A DNA stretch of 64,000 nt from Gemmatimonadota bacterium (GCA_965116475.1 OZ220691.1:1696001-1760000), one strand, 5' to 3'; shown: positions 19,644 through 31,758, counted from the first letter of the stretch. Notes: generated by a model from the sequence alone, not told the origin. Numbers and translations: made by a program.

Positions 19644-20674
19644 GGCTCGAGGACGAGCTTCCCGAAGACTCCGCCCGCCTCCAGCCGCTCGTGGGCCTCG
19701 CGCGCCCGGTCCAGCGGCCACAGGTCATCGACGACCGGGGCGAGGGTGCCGTCCAGCACGAGCCCCATCACGGCCTCGAACTCGGCACGCGTCGCCATCG
19801 TCGTCCCCATGATCGACGTCTGACTCCAGAACAGGCGCGCGATGTTGAGCGTGCCCTGCGGCCCGGTCGTCGCGCCGTACACGACCATCCTGCCCGCACG
19901 CGCCAGCGCGCGAACGCAGCCCTCCCACGTCGCCGCGCCCACGCTGTCGAGGACGAGATCGACGCCGCGCTTCCCCGTCTCCATCCAGACGCGCCGCGAA
20001 AAATCCTCCTCGAGACGGTCGATGACGAGGTCCGCGCCGAGCGCCTCCACGCGCCGCACGTTCTCGGAGCCGCTCGTGACCGCGAATACCCGCGCCCCGT
20101 GGTGTTTCGCGATCTGGATCGCGGCGGTGGAAACGCCGCCCGACGCCCCGGTAACGAGGACCGTCTCCCCCGGCGCCAGCCGCCCTCGCGACAGGAGTCC
20201 GCGCCACGCCGTCTGGTACACGAGCGGCGCGACGGCCGCGGTGGCGAACGGGAAGCCGTCCGGCAGCCGGACCAGGTTGCGCGCCGGAACCGCGACCTGT
20301 TCCGCGAAGCCGCCGGGTATGTGCTCGCCGAGGATGCGGTAGGACGTGCAGAGGGGGTGCTCGCCGCGGGCGCACCACTCGCAGCCGGCGCCGGCGCACC
20401 AGAGGCCCGGGTTCACCGCGACGCGGTCGCCGGGGGCCCAGCCCTCCACGCCATCCCCCGGCGCAATGACCTCGCCCGCCACATCCGACCCTCCGATATG
20501 CGGCATCTCCAGGGTGAGTCCCGGCAGGCCGCGCCGCGTCCACAGGTCGAGGTGGTTGAGTCCCGCCGCGCGCACGCGGATCAGCACCTCGCCGGGACCC
20601 GCCGCCGGCTCGGGCAGGTCGCCGACGCGGATGACGTCGGGCCCCCCGTGTCGTTCGAAGTAGGCCGCTTTCAT
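19640..20674 (-). CDS. Zinc-binding/MDR-family (quinone oxidoreductase-like) dehydrogenase
   Basis: GLNHLDLW, GSDVAG, structural Zn cysteines CAGAGCEWC...C, TGASGGV, GKLVL. Confidence 0.9.
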   Translation of the reverse strand: MKAAYFERHGGPDVIRVGDLPEPAAGPGEVLIRVRAAGLNHLDLWTRRGLPGLTLEMPHIGGSDVAGEVIAPGDGVEGWAPGDRVAVNPGLWCAGAGCEWCARGEHPLCTSYRILGEHIPGGFAEQVAVPARNLVRLPDGFPFATAAVAPLVYQTAWRGLLSRGRLAPGETVLVTGASGGVSTAAIQIAKHHGARVFAVTSGSENVRRVEALGADLVIDRLEEDFSRRVWMETGKRGVDLVLDSVGAATWEGCVRALARAGRMVVYGATTGPQGTLNIARLFWSQTSIMGTTMATRAEFEAVMGLVLDGTLAPVVDDLWPLDRAREAHERLEAGGVFGKLVLEP

Positions 20675-20838
20675 GGCCGCCAACCTACGGTCGCGCCGCA
20701 GCCCGTGCAGGAGCCTCCGACGTCTCCGAAACGGACGGGGACAGTCGAGCCAGGATCGCGCCACGACCGCGCCACAACAGTTGAGAACGGGTCTCAACAA
20801 GGCTTGATAAGGGGTCGCGCGCCGCGTACGTTGTCCGG

Positions 20839-20855
20839 CCGATAATCGTTATCGG
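20839..20855. promoter_or_regulatory. Fur/PerR-like inverted repeat upstream of sufC
   Basis: CCGATAAT-C-GTTATCGG, similar to the 7-1-7 Fur box TGATAATnATTATCA. Confidence 0.5.
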
Positions 20856-20931
20856 TTCAGCTTGATTCGATCGCTGCGTTTCAGGCCGGCGCTTTCGGGT
20901 GACCGGCCTTTTGCAACACAAGAGGACACGA

Positions 20932-21705
20932 ATGTCAGAACCGCTTCTGTCGATACGCGGACTCCGGGCGAAAGTCGAAGGCGAAGAGGGAGAGATCCTC
21001 CGCGGCGTCGACCTGGACCTCGAGCGCGGCGAAGTGCACGCGCTGATGGGGCCCAACGGCTCGGGCAAGAGCACGCTGGCCAAGGTCATCGCGGGCCACC
21101 CCGCTTACGAGGTGACGGCGGGCGAGATCCTGTTCGAGGGGGAGGACGTCCTCGAGCTGGAGCCGGATGAGCGGAGCCGCGCGGGGATCTTCCTCGCCTT
21201 CCAGTATCCGGCGGAGATCCCGGGCGTGTCGATCGCCAACTTCCTGCGCACCGCCGTGAACTCGCGGCTGGGCGAGGGCGAGGAGATGGACGTGTTCGGG
21301 TTCCAGCGCACGCTCACCGAGAAGATGGAGATGCTGAAGATGGATCCCGGCTTCGCCGGCCGGTATGTCAACGACGGCTTCTCCGGCGGCGAGAAGAAGC
21401 GGAACGAGATCCTGCAGATGGCCGTGCTTCGGCCGGCGCTCGGCGTCCTGGACGAGACGGACAGCGGACTCGACATCGACGCGCTCAAGATCGTGGCCCG
21501 CGGAGTGAACCGCCTGTCCGAGGCCGACGAGGCGCTCGGGGTGCTGCTCATCACGCACTACAAGCGGATCCTCAACTACATCCAGCCGGATGTCGTCCAC
21601 GTGATGATGGCCGGCCGCATCGCGGAGAGCGGCGGCGCCTCGCTTGCCGACAAACTGGAGGCCGAGGGGTACGACTGGCTGCACCAGGCGGCGGCCGCCG
21701 TTTGA
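20932..21705 (+). CDS. sufC: Fe-S cluster assembly ATPase SufC
   Basis: [47 protein letters not shown]. Confidence 0.97.
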   Translation: MSEPLLSIRGLRAKVEGEEGEILRGVDLDLERGEVHALMGPNGSGKSTLAKVIAGHPAYEVTAGEILFEGEDVLELEPDERSRAGIFLAFQYPAEIPGVSIANFLRTAVNSRLGEGEEMDVFGFQRTLTEKMEMLKMDPGFAGRYVNDGFSGGEKKRNEILQMAVLRPALGVLDETDSGLDIDALKIVARGVNRLSEADEALGVLLITHYKRILNYIQPDVVHVMMAGRIAESGGASLADKLEAEGYDWLHQAAAAV

Positions 21706-21750
21706 CGCCGGCGGCGACCGTCTTACGCCGTAAGGGAAGATGGAGGAACC

Positions 21751-23166
21751 ATGCCACAGAACGAGACCATCACCGGGCTCGGGCTCGACGAGTACAAGTA
21801 CGGCTTCGTCACGGAGGACGAGCCCGTCTTCAAGGCCGTCCCCGGCCTCTCGAACGACATCGTGCGCCAGATCTCGCATCACAAGGAAGAGCCGGAATGG
21901 ATGCTCGACTTCCGGCTGAAGGCGCTCGATGTCTACTACTCCAAGCCGATGCCGAAGTGGGGCGGGGATCTCTCGAAACTCGAGGACACGCTCGACGAGA
22001 TCTACTTCTACCTGAAGCCGCAGGACCAGATGGAGCGGTCCTGGGACGACGTTCCGCAGGAGATCAAGGACACGTTCGAGAAGCTCGGCATCCCCGAGGC
22101 GGAGCGTAAGGCGCTCGCCGGGGTCGGGGCCCAGTACGAGTCCGAGATGGTCTACCACTCCCTGAAGGAGCAGTGGGAGGAGCAGGGCGTGATCTTCGAG
22201 TCGATCGAGGATGGGCTCGCAAAGCACCCCGAGCTGTTCCGGCAGTACTTCTCCACCGTCGTGCCCACGCACGACAACAAGTTCGCGGCGCTCAACTCGG
22301 CCGTGTGGTCGGGCGGGTCGTTCGTCTACATCCCGAAGGGGGTGAAGGTGGAGATCCCGCTGCAGGCCTACTTCCGGGTGAACGCGGAGCGCATGGGGCA
22401 GTTCGAGCGCACCCTCATCATCTGCGAGGAGGGGGCCGAGGCCCACTACATCGAGGGCTGTACGGCGCCCGTCTACTCGACGGACTCGTTCCACTCCGGC
22501 GTCATCGAGATCGTGGTCAAGAAGGGCGCGCGCTTCCGGTACACCACGATCCAGAACTGGTCGAACAACATGTACAACCTCGTCACGCAGCGTGCGCTCG
22601 TGCACGAGGACGCGAAGATGGAGTGGCTCGACGGGAACCTGGGCTCGAAACTCACGATGAAGTACCCGTCGTGCTTCCTGGTCGGAGAGCGGGCGCACGG
22701 CGAGATCCTCTCCATCGCGTACGCGGGGGACGGGCAGCACCAGGACACGGGCGGCAAGGTAATCCACGCCGCCCCGAACACGACCTCGCAGATCACCTCG
22801 AAGTCGATCTCGAGGGGGCTCGGGCGCTCCTCGTACCGCGGACTGTGCAAGGTGTACGACGGCGCGGAGGGCGCGAAGTCCAACGTCGAGTGCGATGCGC
22901 TGCTGCTCGACGAACAGTCGCGGACCGACACCTACCCCTACATCGAGATCGATGAGAACACGGCGTCGATCGGGCACGAGGCCACGGTCTCGAAGGTCGG
23001 CGACGAGCAGCTCTTCTACCTGATGAGTCGTGGCCTCGACGAGGCGGAGGCGATGGCGATGATCGTACGCGGCTTCATCGAGCCGGTGGCCAAGGAGCTG
23101 CCGCTGGAGTACGCGATCGAACTGAATCGGCTGATCGAACTGGAGATGGAAGGGTCGGTCGGATGA
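21751..23166 (+). CDS. sufB: Fe-S cluster assembly protein SufB
   Basis: [53 protein letters not shown]. Confidence 0.97.
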   Translation: MPQNETITGLGLDEYKYGFVTEDEPVFKAVPGLSNDIVRQISHHKEEPEWMLDFRLKALDVYYSKPMPKWGGDLSKLEDTLDEIYFYLKPQDQMERSWDDVPQEIKDTFEKLGIPEAERKALAGVGAQYESEMVYHSLKEQWEEQGVIFESIEDGLAKHPELFRQYFSTVVPTHDNKFAALNSAVWSGGSFVYIPKGVKVEIPLQAYFRVNAERMGQFERTLIICEEGAEAHYIEGCTAPVYSTDSFHSGVIEIVVKKGARFRYTTIQNWSNNMYNLVTQRALVHEDAKMEWLDGNLGSKLTMKYPSCFLVGERAHGEILSIAYAGDGQHQDTGGKVIHAAPNTTSQITSKSISRGLGRSSYRGLCKVYDGAEGAKSNVECDALLLDEQSRTDTYPYIEIDENTASIGHEATVSKVGDEQLFYLMSRGLDEAEAMAMIVRGFIEPVAKELPLEYAIELNRLIELEMEGSVG

Positions 23167-24503
23167 GCACAATGACAGCCGGGCCGGCGGAGTCGACGCT
23201 GTCGACGCTGGCCGCGGCGGATTTCGATACGCTTGCCGGCGGGCTGACGGAGCCGAAAGCGATCGCGGGGGCGCGGGCCGCCGCATGGGAACGGTTCACC
23301 GCCCTTCCCTGGCCGACGAAGAAGTCGGAGGAATGGCGGTACACGGACCTCACGAAGGTCGGCTTCGAGGCGCTCACGCCGGTGGTCCCGGCGCCCGCCA
23401 CGGCGGAGACGCTGTCGGCGGACGTGCGCGAGGTGCTCGGCCGCTCCGGCGAGCGGGCGGGTGTCGTCGTGCTGCGGGAGGGCCGGGTCGCGCACCTCGA
23501 ACTCGAACCCGAGGTGGCGCGGAGCGGCGTCGTCCTATACTCGATCCGGGACGCGGCGGACCGTCATCCGGAGGTGCTGCGGCGCGCGCTGTTCGAGGCG
23601 CAACCGGGCCCCGCCGAGGAGAAGCTCTGGGCGCTGCACCTCGCCCTCCTGGGCGGAGGCTACTTCCTGCACGTGCCGCGCGGGGTGGAGATGCCGGCGC
23701 CGATCCACGCGTTTCACATCGTCGAGCGGGCCGGGACGCTCTCCTCCGCCCATTCGTTCGTGTACGCGGAGACGGGCGCGCGGGCCGCGGTCATCGACGA
23801 GTTCCTCTCCGACGATCTCGATGCGGAAACGGTCTCGCTGCACGGGGCGACGATCACGGGGGAGGCGGGCGCGGGCATCGAGTACGTCGCGCTCCAGCGC
23901 TTCGGCCGGGGCGTGAAGCGGTTCTCGACGCAGCGCGTCGCCGCGGGCCGCGACTCGCGTATCGTAACCTTCAACGTCGCGCTGGGCGGCGACCTCTCGC
24001 GGGCGGACGTCACGAGCCGTCTCGACGGGCCCGGGAGTGACAGCGAGATGCTCGCGCTCTGGTTCGGCGACTCCGACCAGCACTTCGACCACCACACGCT
24101 ACAGCATCACGCCGCGCCGCACGCGCACAGCGACCTGCTGTTCAAGGGAGCCCTGACGGACTCGGGGTCGAGCGTGTTCCGCGGGCTGATCAGGGTCGAC
24201 AAGGGCGCCCAGCTCACGGACGCCTACCAGACGAACCGCAACCTGCTGCTGAGCGAAAGCTCTCACGCCTCCGCCCTTCCCAACCTGGAGATCGAGGCCG
24301 ACGATGTGCGCTGCTCGCACGGGGCGACGATCGGACAGGTGGAGGACGGACAACTCTTCTACCTGATGAGCCGCGGCCTCACGCGGCGGCAGGCCGAGCG
24401 CCTGCTCGTATTCGGGTTCTTCGACGAGGTTCTGGGGCGTCTTCCGATGGAGGGGGTGCGGGCTCGCGTACGCGAAGCGATCGAGGAGAAGATCGGGCTA
24501 TGA
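23163..24503 (+). CDS. sufD: Fe-S cluster assembly protein SufD
   Basis: [33 protein letters not shown]. Confidence 0.95.
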   Translation: MSTMTAGPAESTLSTLAAADFDTLAGGLTEPKAIAGARAAAWERFTALPWPTKKSEEWRYTDLTKVGFEALTPVVPAPATAETLSADVREVLGRSGERAGVVVLREGRVAHLELEPEVARSGVVLYSIRDAADRHPEVLRRALFEAQPGPAEEKLWALHLALLGGGYFLHVPRGVEMPAPIHAFHIVERAGTLSSAHSFVYAETGARAAVIDEFLSDDLDAETVSLHGATITGEAGAGIEYVALQRFGRGVKRFSTQRVAAGRDSRIVTFNVALGGDLSRADVTSRLDGPGSDSEMLALWFGDSDQHFDHHTLQHHAAPHAHSDLLFKGALTDSGSSVFRGLIRVDKGAQLTDAYQTNRNLLLSESSHASALPNLEIEADDVRCSHGATIGQVEDGQLFYLMSRGLTRRQAERLLVFGFFDEVLGRLPMEGVRARVREAIEEKIGL

Positions 24504-24811
24504 GCCGATTCGTCACGGTGGCCAGGATCGACGATGTGCCGGAGAACGGGACGTGCGGGGTGATGGCCGGGGAGCTGGCGATCGCCCTCATCCGGAGCGG
24601 GGGCGAGGTCTACGCGCTCGAGGACTGCTGCTCCCACGAGGAGTTCCCGCTCTCGGACGGCGAGGTCGAGGCGGGCGAGATCACCTGCCTCCTCCACGGG
24701 GCGCGCTTCGATCTTGCGACCGGCGAGCCGAGGGCGCTCCCGGCTGTCATGCCGGTCCGGACCTTCGACGTGCGGATCGAGGGGGACGACATTCAGGTCG
24801 ACCTCGCCTGA
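24500..24811 (+). CDS. Rieske-type [2Fe-2S] ferredoxin
   Basis: CSHE...CLLHGARFDLATG. Confidence 0.92.
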   Translation: MSRFVTVARIDDVPENGTCGVMAGELAIALIRSGGEVYALEDCCSHEEFPLSDGEVEAGEITCLLHGARFDLATGEPRALPAVMPVRTFDVRIEGDDIQVDLA

Positions 24812-24839
24812 GCCTGATTCAGCCGAGGATCCGGGGCCG

Positions 24840-26156
24840 ATGGTGGAGACGGCGGAGATGACCGCGGCGGCCGGCCGCCGCGACGCGGACGAGGCGTCGG
24901 GCGAGGCGTCGGGCGGCGGCGGTTGGGATCTCGCGGCGGTCCGGGCCCGGTTCCCCATTCTCTCGCGGGAAGTCAACGGCCACCCACTGGCCTATCTGGA
25001 CAACGCGGCGAGCTCGCAGCAGCCGCTCCGCGTTTTGAACCGGGTCGAGCGCTATCTGCGCCGGGAGCACGCGAATGTTCACCGCGGCGTGCACCAGCTC
25101 AGCGCGGAGGCGACGGAGGCCTACGAGGACGCGCGCCGCTCCGTGGCGGCGCACGCGGGCGCGACGGACCCGGCGGAGATCGTCTTCACGCGCGGCACGA
25201 CGGAGGCGGTGAACCTCGTCGCATCGAGTTGGGGGGACGCGTTCATCGGCGCGGGCGACGAGATCCTGCTCACGAAGATGGAGCACCACTCGAACCTCGT
25301 GCCGTGGCAACTCCTCGCGGGCCGCACGGGGTGCGATCTCCGCTTCGTCGACGTCACGCCCGGGGGCACACTCGATCTGGACGACTTCGACCGGCTGCTC
25401 GGGCAGCGAACCCGGCTGGTCGCCTGTACGCACGTCTCCAACAGCCTGGGGACGATCAACCCGGTGCGGGAGATCGTGGACAGGGCCCACGCGGCCGGCG
25501 CGCTGACGCTCATCGACGGCGCGCAGGCCGCACCCCACCTGCTGACCGATGTCGCGAACACCGGGTGCGATTTCTACGCGTTCAGCAGCCACAAGATGTG
25601 CGGTCCCACCGGCGTCGGGGCGCTGTGGGCCAGGCGCGAGCTGCTCGAGGAGATGCCTCCGTACCAGGGCGGGGGCGAGATGATCTCGGACGTAAAGCTC
25701 GAGGGGTCCTCCTGGGCGAAGGTTCCGCACAAGTTCGAGGCCGGCACGCCCAACATCTCGGGCGTCGTGGGCTTCGGCGAAGCCGCCCGCTTCCTCGCGG
25801 ACCTCGGGTCGGAGGCGGTCGCGTCGCATGAGGACGCCCTGATGCGCGCCGCTCTGAAACGGCTCGGCGAGATCGAAGGGCTTCGCCTGTACGGCCCGCG
25901 CGACGAGCGGACCGCGCGGACGGCGGTCTTCTCCTTCACCTACGGCGACATACATCCGCACGACCTCTCCACGATCCTCGACCAGCAGGGCATCGCGATC
26001 CGGGCGGGGCACCACTGCAACCAGCCGCTGATGGACCACTTCGGGATCAGCGCTACGGCCCGGGCGAGCTTCTACTTCTACAATTCGCCGCGGGAAATCG
26101 ACGCGCTGTGCGACGGCCTCGCCCTCGCAGCGGAAGTCTTCGGCGGACTGGCCTGA
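24840..26156 (+). CDS. sufS: Cysteine desulfurase SufS (group II)
   Basis: YLDNAASSQ, NVHRG, SSHKMCGPTG, RAGHHC. Confidence 0.95.
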   Translation: MVETAEMTAAAGRRDADEASGEASGGGGWDLAAVRARFPILSREVNGHPLAYLDNAASSQQPLRVLNRVERYLRREHANVHRGVHQLSAEATEAYEDARRSVAAHAGATDPAEIVFTRGTTEAVNLVASSWGDAFIGAGDEILLTKMEHHSNLVPWQLLAGRTGCDLRFVDVTPGGTLDLDDFDRLLGQRTRLVACTHVSNSLGTINPVREIVDRAHAAGALTLIDGAQAAPHLLTDVANTGCDFYAFSSHKMCGPTGVGALWARRELLEEMPPYQGGGEMISDVKLEGSSWAKVPHKFEAGTPNISGVVGFGEAARFLADLGSEAVASHEDALMRAALKRLGEIEGLRLYGPRDERTARTAVFSFTYGDIHPHDLSTILDQQGIAIRAGHHCNQPLMDHFGISATARASFYFYNSPREIDALCDGLALAAEVFGGLA

Positions 26157-26160
26157 ACCC

Positions 26161-26658
26161 ATGACCGACCCCCGTTCGAAACCGCCCGGGACCATCGACC
26201 GGGAGATCCCTTCGTCGCTCAACCAGCTGTACCAGGAGGTCATCCTCGACCACTACCGGAAGCCCCGGAACAAGGGGCATCTGGACGACGCCACGCACGC
26301 GATCACGATGAACAATCCGCTGTGCGGCGACGTGATCGAACTCATGCTGCGCGTGGAGGGCGGGAACATCGCGGAGGCGCGTTTCCTGGGCCGCGGGTGC
26401 TCGATCAGTCTGGCGTCCGCGTCGATGCTCACAGGACGCGTGCGAGGGAAGTCGCTCGATCAGGCGCTGGAACTCTCCGGGAAGTTCACGCACCTCCTGC
26501 ACGGAGACGGGGCGCTGCTGTCGGACGACGAGCTCGGCGATCTGCGCACGCTGGCTGGGGTCTCGAAATTCCCGGTTCGGATCAAGTGCGCACTGCTGGC
26601 CTGGAACTGTCTCGAGGAGCTGGGGGACGGGGCGGACGAGGACCTCGGCTCGGCGTGA
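26161..26658 (+). CDS. sufU: SUF-system NifU-family sulfur acceptor SufU
   Basis: LYQEVILDHY, NPLCGD, GCSISLASAS, RIKCALLAW. Confidence 0.93.
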   Translation: MTDPRSKPPGTIDREIPSSLNQLYQEVILDHYRKPRNKGHLDDATHAITMNNPLCGDVIELMLRVEGGNIAEARFLGRGCSISLASASMLTGRVRGKSLDQALELSGKFTHLLHGDGALLSDDELGDLRTLAGVSKFPVRIKCALLAWNCLEELGDGADEDLGSA

Positions 26659-27566
26659 CATCCGGTGGCCCCTCCGCTGCCGTCGGCCGCGTGCTGCGGA
26701 TCGCGGGCGGGGTCTATCACGTGGACGATTCCACGACCGTGGTCCGGGCGTCCCTGCGCGGGCGCCTGAAGCGAACGGATTCGCGCATCGTTTCGGTCGG
26801 CGACCTCGTCGAGCTGGAACGCGTCGGCGACGAGATGCGGATCGTGCGGCTCCGCGCACGCAGCGGCGCGCTTTCCCGGCACGGCGTCTCCAAGCGGCGC
26901 GAACAGGTGATCGTCGCGAACGTGGACCAGGTCGCCGTCGTCGTTTCGGTGACCGCGCCCGATCCCGATTTCCTCATGGTGGACCGACTGCTCGCGCTGG
27001 CGGCGATGAGCGGCATCGACGCCTTCCTCGTCGTGAACAAGACGGACCTCGCCCAGCCCGCGTCCCGGGACGACCTCGAGCAATACGCGGCGCTCGGCGT
27101 GGAGACGCTGCGGACGAGCGCTGAATCGAGGGCGGGACTGACGGGGCTGGCCGGACGCCTCGCGGGCCGGATCACCGTGCTCAGCGGGCAGTCGGGCGTG
27201 GGGAAGTCGAGCCTGCTGAACGCCCTCGTCCCCGAACTCGACCTCCGCGTGGGAGAGATCAGCGAGCGGCGGGGACGCGGGCGGCACACGACCGTGGCCT
27301 CGGCGCTCTACCGATATCCGGACGGCGGCTACGTGGCGGACACGCCCGGCCTGCAGTACCTGGCGCTGTGGGGGCTGGACCCAGCGGAGCTTCCGGGGGG
27401 CTTCGTCGAGATCGCCGCGGCGGGCGAGGGCTGCCGGTTCGCGGACTGCCGGCATCGAGTGGAACCGGATTGCGCGGTGCGCGCGGCCGTCGAGGATGGG
27501 ACGATCCGGCGGCGGCGGCTGGAGAGCTACCTGCGGCTCCTCGACGAAGCGGAGAAGGGTCGGTGA
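26655..27566 (+). CDS. rsgA: Ribosome small subunit-dependent GTPase A
   Basis: Circularly permuted GTPase NKTDL...GQSGVGKSS...GRHTT...DTPG; Zn site CRFADCRHRVEPDC. Confidence 0.95.
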   Translation: MTSGGPSAAVGRVLRIAGGVYHVDDSTTVVRASLRGRLKRTDSRIVSVGDLVELERVGDEMRIVRLRARSGALSRHGVSKRREQVIVANVDQVAVVVSVTAPDPDFLMVDRLLALAAMSGIDAFLVVNKTDLAQPASRDDLEQYAALGVETLRTSAESRAGLTGLAGRLAGRITVLSGQSGVGKSSLLNALVPELDLRVGEISERRGRGRHTTVASALYRYPDGGYVADTPGLQYLALWGLDPAELPGGFVEIAAAGEGCRFADCRHRVEPDCAVRAAVEDGTIRRRRLESYLRLLDEAEKGR

Positions 27567-28159
27567 GCGAAGCCTGGAGTCCGGGGCGGGTGGCGCGCCG
27601 GCTGGCGGCGGCGGGCCACACCGTCGTCGACGCCGGGGCGGCGGAGCGTCACGCGGCCGTGACGCTCGTGGTTCGCCCGCGGGACCGGGACCTGGAGGTG
27701 CTCTTCGTCCGGCGGGCGGAGCTCCCCGGCGACCCGTGGTCCGGCCACATGGCGCTTCCCGGCGGGCACCGGGATGCGGAGGACGCCGATCTCCTGGAGA
27801 CGGCGCGCCGCGAGTTGCGCGAGGAGGTGGGGCTCGATCTTCCGCGCGGCGGGTTCCTCGGGCGGCTCGACGACCTGCACCCGGTGACACGCCGGATCCC
27901 GTCGATCCTCATCTCTCCCTTCGTCGCCTGGCACGGGGAGGATGTCCGCGTCTCGACCAACGCCGAGGTGCAGTATCACGTGTGGGCTCCGCTCGGCGCG
28001 CTGCGCGACCCGTCTCTGCGCTCCGAGGTCCGCTATCCGGACGGTGGCCGCGAACACGTGTGGCCTTCCATCTTGTACGAGGGCGACGCCATTTGGGGGC
28101 TCACGCACCGCGTCGTCACGAACTTTCTCGAAATCATCAGGGAGAGAACCAGCCAATGA
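27563..28159 (+). CDS. Nudix hydrolase, CoA pyrophosphatase type
   Basis: WSGHMALPGG...ETARRELREEVG; IWGLT. Confidence 0.9.
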   Translation: MSEAWSPGRVARRLAAAGHTVVDAGAAERHAAVTLVVRPRDRDLEVLFVRRAELPGDPWSGHMALPGGHRDAEDADLLETARRELREEVGLDLPRGGFLGRLDDLHPVTRRIPSILISPFVAWHGEDVRVSTNAEVQYHVWAPLGALRDPSLRSEVRYPDGGREHVWPSILYEGDAIWGLTHRVVTNFLEIIRERTSQ

Positions 28160-28623
28160 GTGAAGTCGTCTACCGCTCGCACGTGAAGATCGTGCGGGAG
28201 AAGGGGCCGTACCGCACGGCGCAGATCCCGGCCACGGATGCACCGGTCGACTTCGGCGTCCACTCCGCGATCGCCGAATACTACGGGGTCCGCGACAACC
28301 GCGACGTCGCCACGACGCTCGACTACGTCATCGCCGCAACCGGCGGCTGACTGGCCGGAACCTTCGGGGGCGCGCTGGAAGCGCGCGGCGTAAAGGCGGA
28401 TGAGGGACGGTTGGTGGCGAACGTGGAGGGCGAGGTCGAGACGGACGACGGCGTGCTCGTGATCCGGCGGATCCGGACCCGGTACCGTCTCCAGGCGGAT
28501 GAGGGGCACGCCGACGCGATCCGGCGCGCGTTCGAGGCCCACCCGCCGAAGTGTCCGGTCTACCGAACGCTCTCCGGCTGCATCGAGATCACGACGGAAC
28601 TCGACGTCGTACCCGTGGCCTGA
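28156..28623 (+). CDS. OsmC-like protein, predicted selenoprotein (Sec at UGA codon 65, nt 28348-28350)
   Basis: DYVIAATGG-U-LAGTFGGAL matches the first conserved OsmC Cys; the frame continues to KCPVYRTL; hairpin 3' of the UGA. Confidence 0.8.
28370..28386 (+). promoter_or_regulatory. Putative bacterial SECIS element of the OsmC-like gene
   Basis: GCGCGCT-GGA-AGCGCGC; G-initiated loop starts 26 nt after the UGA. Confidence 0.6.
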
Positions 28624-28656
28624 ACCACGGGTCGCCCGGCTAACGGGGGCTGTCAG

Positions 28657-30030
28657 TCAGGTCAGCGGGTCGGCGAGGCGGCCATAGAGGTCGGCGAGGG
28701 CCGCGATCCCCTTTCGGTAGACGCCGAGATCGATCCACTCGTCCGGCGCGTGCATGTTGCAGCCGGGAAGCGCGAAGCCGATGAGGAGCGCGGGCGCGCC
28801 GAACGTCTCCTCGAATTCCTGCACGATGGGGATCGAACCGCCCTCGCGGATGTAGGCGGGCGGGGCGCCGAACCCCGTCTCCAGCGCCGCGGAGGCGGCG
28901 TCGAAGACGGGATGTTCGGTGTCGGCCACCCATGGCGCTCCGCCGTGCGAGCGCTTGATCTCGACGGTCACGCCCTCCGGCGCGAGTTCGCGGACCCGGG
29001 CCTCGAAGGCCTCGACGACCCGGGCCGGGTCCTGATCCGGCACCAACCGCATCGACACCTTCGCCATCGCTTGCGAGGGAAGGACGGTCTTCGAGCCCTC
29101 ACCGGTGAAGCCGCTGAGCAGGCCGTTCACATCCAGCGTAGGGCGATACCATAGCCGCTCCAGCGCCGTGAACCCGGCCTCCCCGCCGAGCGCCGGCGCA
29201 CCGACGCCCGCCCGGAGCGTCTCCTCGTCCATGGGGAGGCGTTCGAGATCGGCGCGCTCGCGGGGGCTGATGGGTCGAACGGCATCGTAGTAGCCCGGCA
29301 CGGTGACCCGGCCGTGCTCGTCCCGGAGGCCGGCGAGGATGGCGGCCACGGCGTTCGCGGGGTTCACGACCGCTCCGCCGTACGTGCCGGAGTGGAGGTC
29401 CGATCGGGGACCATAAACGTTGATCTCGGTGTAGACGATGCCCCGCAGTCCGGTCGTGACGCAGGGCAGCTCGGGGGAGAACATCCCGGTGTCGCTGACG
29501 AGGATCGCGTCACAGGCGAGCCGTTCGGCGTGCTCGTGGAGGAACGCTGCGAGGTGGCGGCTTCCCACCTCCTCTTCGCCCTCGATCACCAGCTTGAGAT
29601 TCACGGGGACATCCGCCCCGGCCGCGAGGCGCGTTTCGAGCGCCTTGATGTGCATGTGGACCTGCCCCTTGTCGTCGACCGAGCCGCGGGCGTACAGGCG
29701 GCCGTCGCGGACCTCCGGGTCGAACGGCGGACTCGTCCACAACTCGTCGGGCTCCGATGGCTGCACATCGTAGTGTCCGTAAACGAGCACGGTGGGGGCG
29801 TCCGCGGCGTGGGTCCATTCGCCCACGACGATGGGATGACCGCCGGTTTCGATGACCTCGGCCTCGTGCATTCCCGCCGCCAGGAGGTGCTCGGCGACCC
29901 AGTCGGCGCAGGCGCGGACATCGCCAGCATGCTCGGGATCCGTGCTGATGCTGGGGATGCGGAGAAAGGCCTCCAGTTCGTCTTGGAACCTCGCGAGTTC
30001 CCGGTCGATACGGGCAGCGAAATCGGACAT
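28657..30030 (-). CDS. M20 family dipeptidase
   Basis: [35 protein letters not shown]. Confidence 0.92.
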   Translation of the reverse strand: MSDFAARIDRELARFQDELEAFLRIPSISTDPEHAGDVRACADWVAEHLLAAGMHEAEVIETGGHPIVVGEWTHAADAPTVLVYGHYDVQPSEPDELWTSPPFDPEVRDGRLYARGSVDDKGQVHMHIKALETRLAAGADVPVNLKLVIEGEEEVGSRHLAAFLHEHAERLACDAILVSDTGMFSPELPCVTTGLRGIVYTEINVYGPRSDLHSGTYGGAVVNPANAVAAILAGLRDEHGRVTVPGYYDAVRPISPRERADLERLPMDEETLRAGVGAPALGGEAGFTALERLWYRPTLDVNGLLSGFTGEGSKTVLPSQAMAKVSMRLVPDQDPARVVEAFEARVRELAPEGVTVEIKRSHGGAPWVADTEHPVFDAASAALETGFGAPPAYIREGGSIPIVQEFEETFGAPALLIGFALPGCNMHAPDEWIDLGVYRKGIAALADLYGRLADPLT

Positions 30031-30108
30031 GTGACTCCTGGGCCGGTTGAGGGGATTCAGGGTGATCGACTATACCGACAGGGGGGGCCGCGGCAAGCCG
30101 CCGGGCGG

Positions 30109-31248
30109 TCAGTCGAAACGCTGCTCGCTGACGATCGCGCCGACCCGGGCGGAGGCGTCGAGGCCGAGGAGCCGGCGCAGGGCGGGGAGGCGGGCCAGGG
30201 CGAGGAGCGCCCCTGCGCCGGCGGCGCCGGACGGGCCCGCGATGATGCGGGCGCCCAGCCGCCCGGACTCGAGCGCCTCGGCGCCGGCGGCCCAGACGGG
30301 CTCGGGGAGCGCGACCGCCGCGTCGAGCAACGGCGCCAGACAGTCCCAGGCGATCGTCGACGCGACGCCGGCGGCGAGACCGCCCATCGCGGTGTCGAAC
30401 GGCGGTTCCGCGATGCTCGCCCGGCCGCGCCGCAGGCTCCGGCCGAAGCAGTCGGCCCGCCACGGCTCGACGGCGATGAAACGCGGCCGCCGCTCGCCGC
30501 ACACCTGCGCGAAGTGGCCGCACACCCCCGTCGCGAGGCCGCCGACGCCCGCCTGCACGAAGAGGTGCGTGAGCGGCGCCGAGCCGGCATCCGCGAGGTC
30601 GTCCAGCATCTCCGCGGCGAGGAGCGTGTAGCCCGCCATAATGCGGCGGGGCGTCTCCTCGTAGCCCTCGTACGCCGTGTCGGAGACGACGATCCAGCCG
30701 TTCCGCGCGGCCTCCCGGTCGGTATGCCCGACCACGCCGTCGTACTCGCCGGGCACACGGACCACCCTCGCTCCGTGTCCCTCGATCGCGCGGGCCCGGG
30801 CGGGGATCGCGTCCTCCGGCAGGAAGATCACGCAGCGGCAGCCGAACTCGGCGCTTCCCCACGCTACGGATCGGCCGTGGTTCCCCGCCGAGGCGGTCGT
30901 GACCGTGATCCCGGCCGCGAGCGGATGCCCGGCCCGCAGCTCCGCCGCCGTCGGCCGAGCACCGCTCCGACGCTCGATCTCGTCCTGCAGCGCGCGCAGC
31001 ACCGCGAACGCCCCACCGAGCGCCTTGAAGGAGCCGAGCCCGAAGCGCGGCGATTCATCCTTGACCCAAACCGCCTCGACGCCCAGCAACGCGGCAAGCC
31101 CCGGCAGTGTTACCATCGGCGTCGGGTCGTATCGACGCCAGCATCGTATGACGTCCCGAGCTTCGGCAGCCGCGTCCGGATCGAGGATCCCTTCCGCGGG
31201 CTCGCGCAGCAGCTTCGGAGATCGGAGCGAAAGACGCAGAGCGCTCAT
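30109..31248 (-). CDS. dpaL: Diaminopropionate ammonia-lyase-like PLP enzyme
   Basis: [53 protein letters not shown]. Confidence 0.85.
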   Translation of the reverse strand: MSALRLSLRSPKLLREPAEGILDPDAAAEARDVIRCWRRYDPTPMVTLPGLAALLGVEAVWVKDESPRFGLGSFKALGGAFAVLRALQDEIERRSGARPTAAELRAGHPLAAGITVTTASAGNHGRSVAWGSAEFGCRCVIFLPEDAIPARARAIEGHGARVVRVPGEYDGVVGHTDREAARNGWIVVSDTAYEGYEETPRRIMAGYTLLAAEMLDDLADAGSAPLTHLFVQAGVGGLATGVCGHFAQVCGERRPRFIAVEPWRADCFGRSLRRGRASIAEPPFDTAMGGLAAGVASTIAWDCLAPLLDAAVALPEPVWAAGAEALESGRLGARIIAGPSGAAGAGALLALARLPALRRLLGLDASARVGAIVSEQRFD

Positions 31249-31368
31249 CGCGCGGGCGGGCGGGACCGGAGGGCCGGGTGGCCTCGGCGCGCACGGTTGG
31301 TCGGGTGGCTGCCGGGCACCAGTTTCCCGGCGGCCATGGCCGCTACACTCCAAACCGGGAGCGAACTC

Positions 31369-31743
<375 letters not shown>

Positions 31744-31758
31744 CCCCTGGATGTCCGA

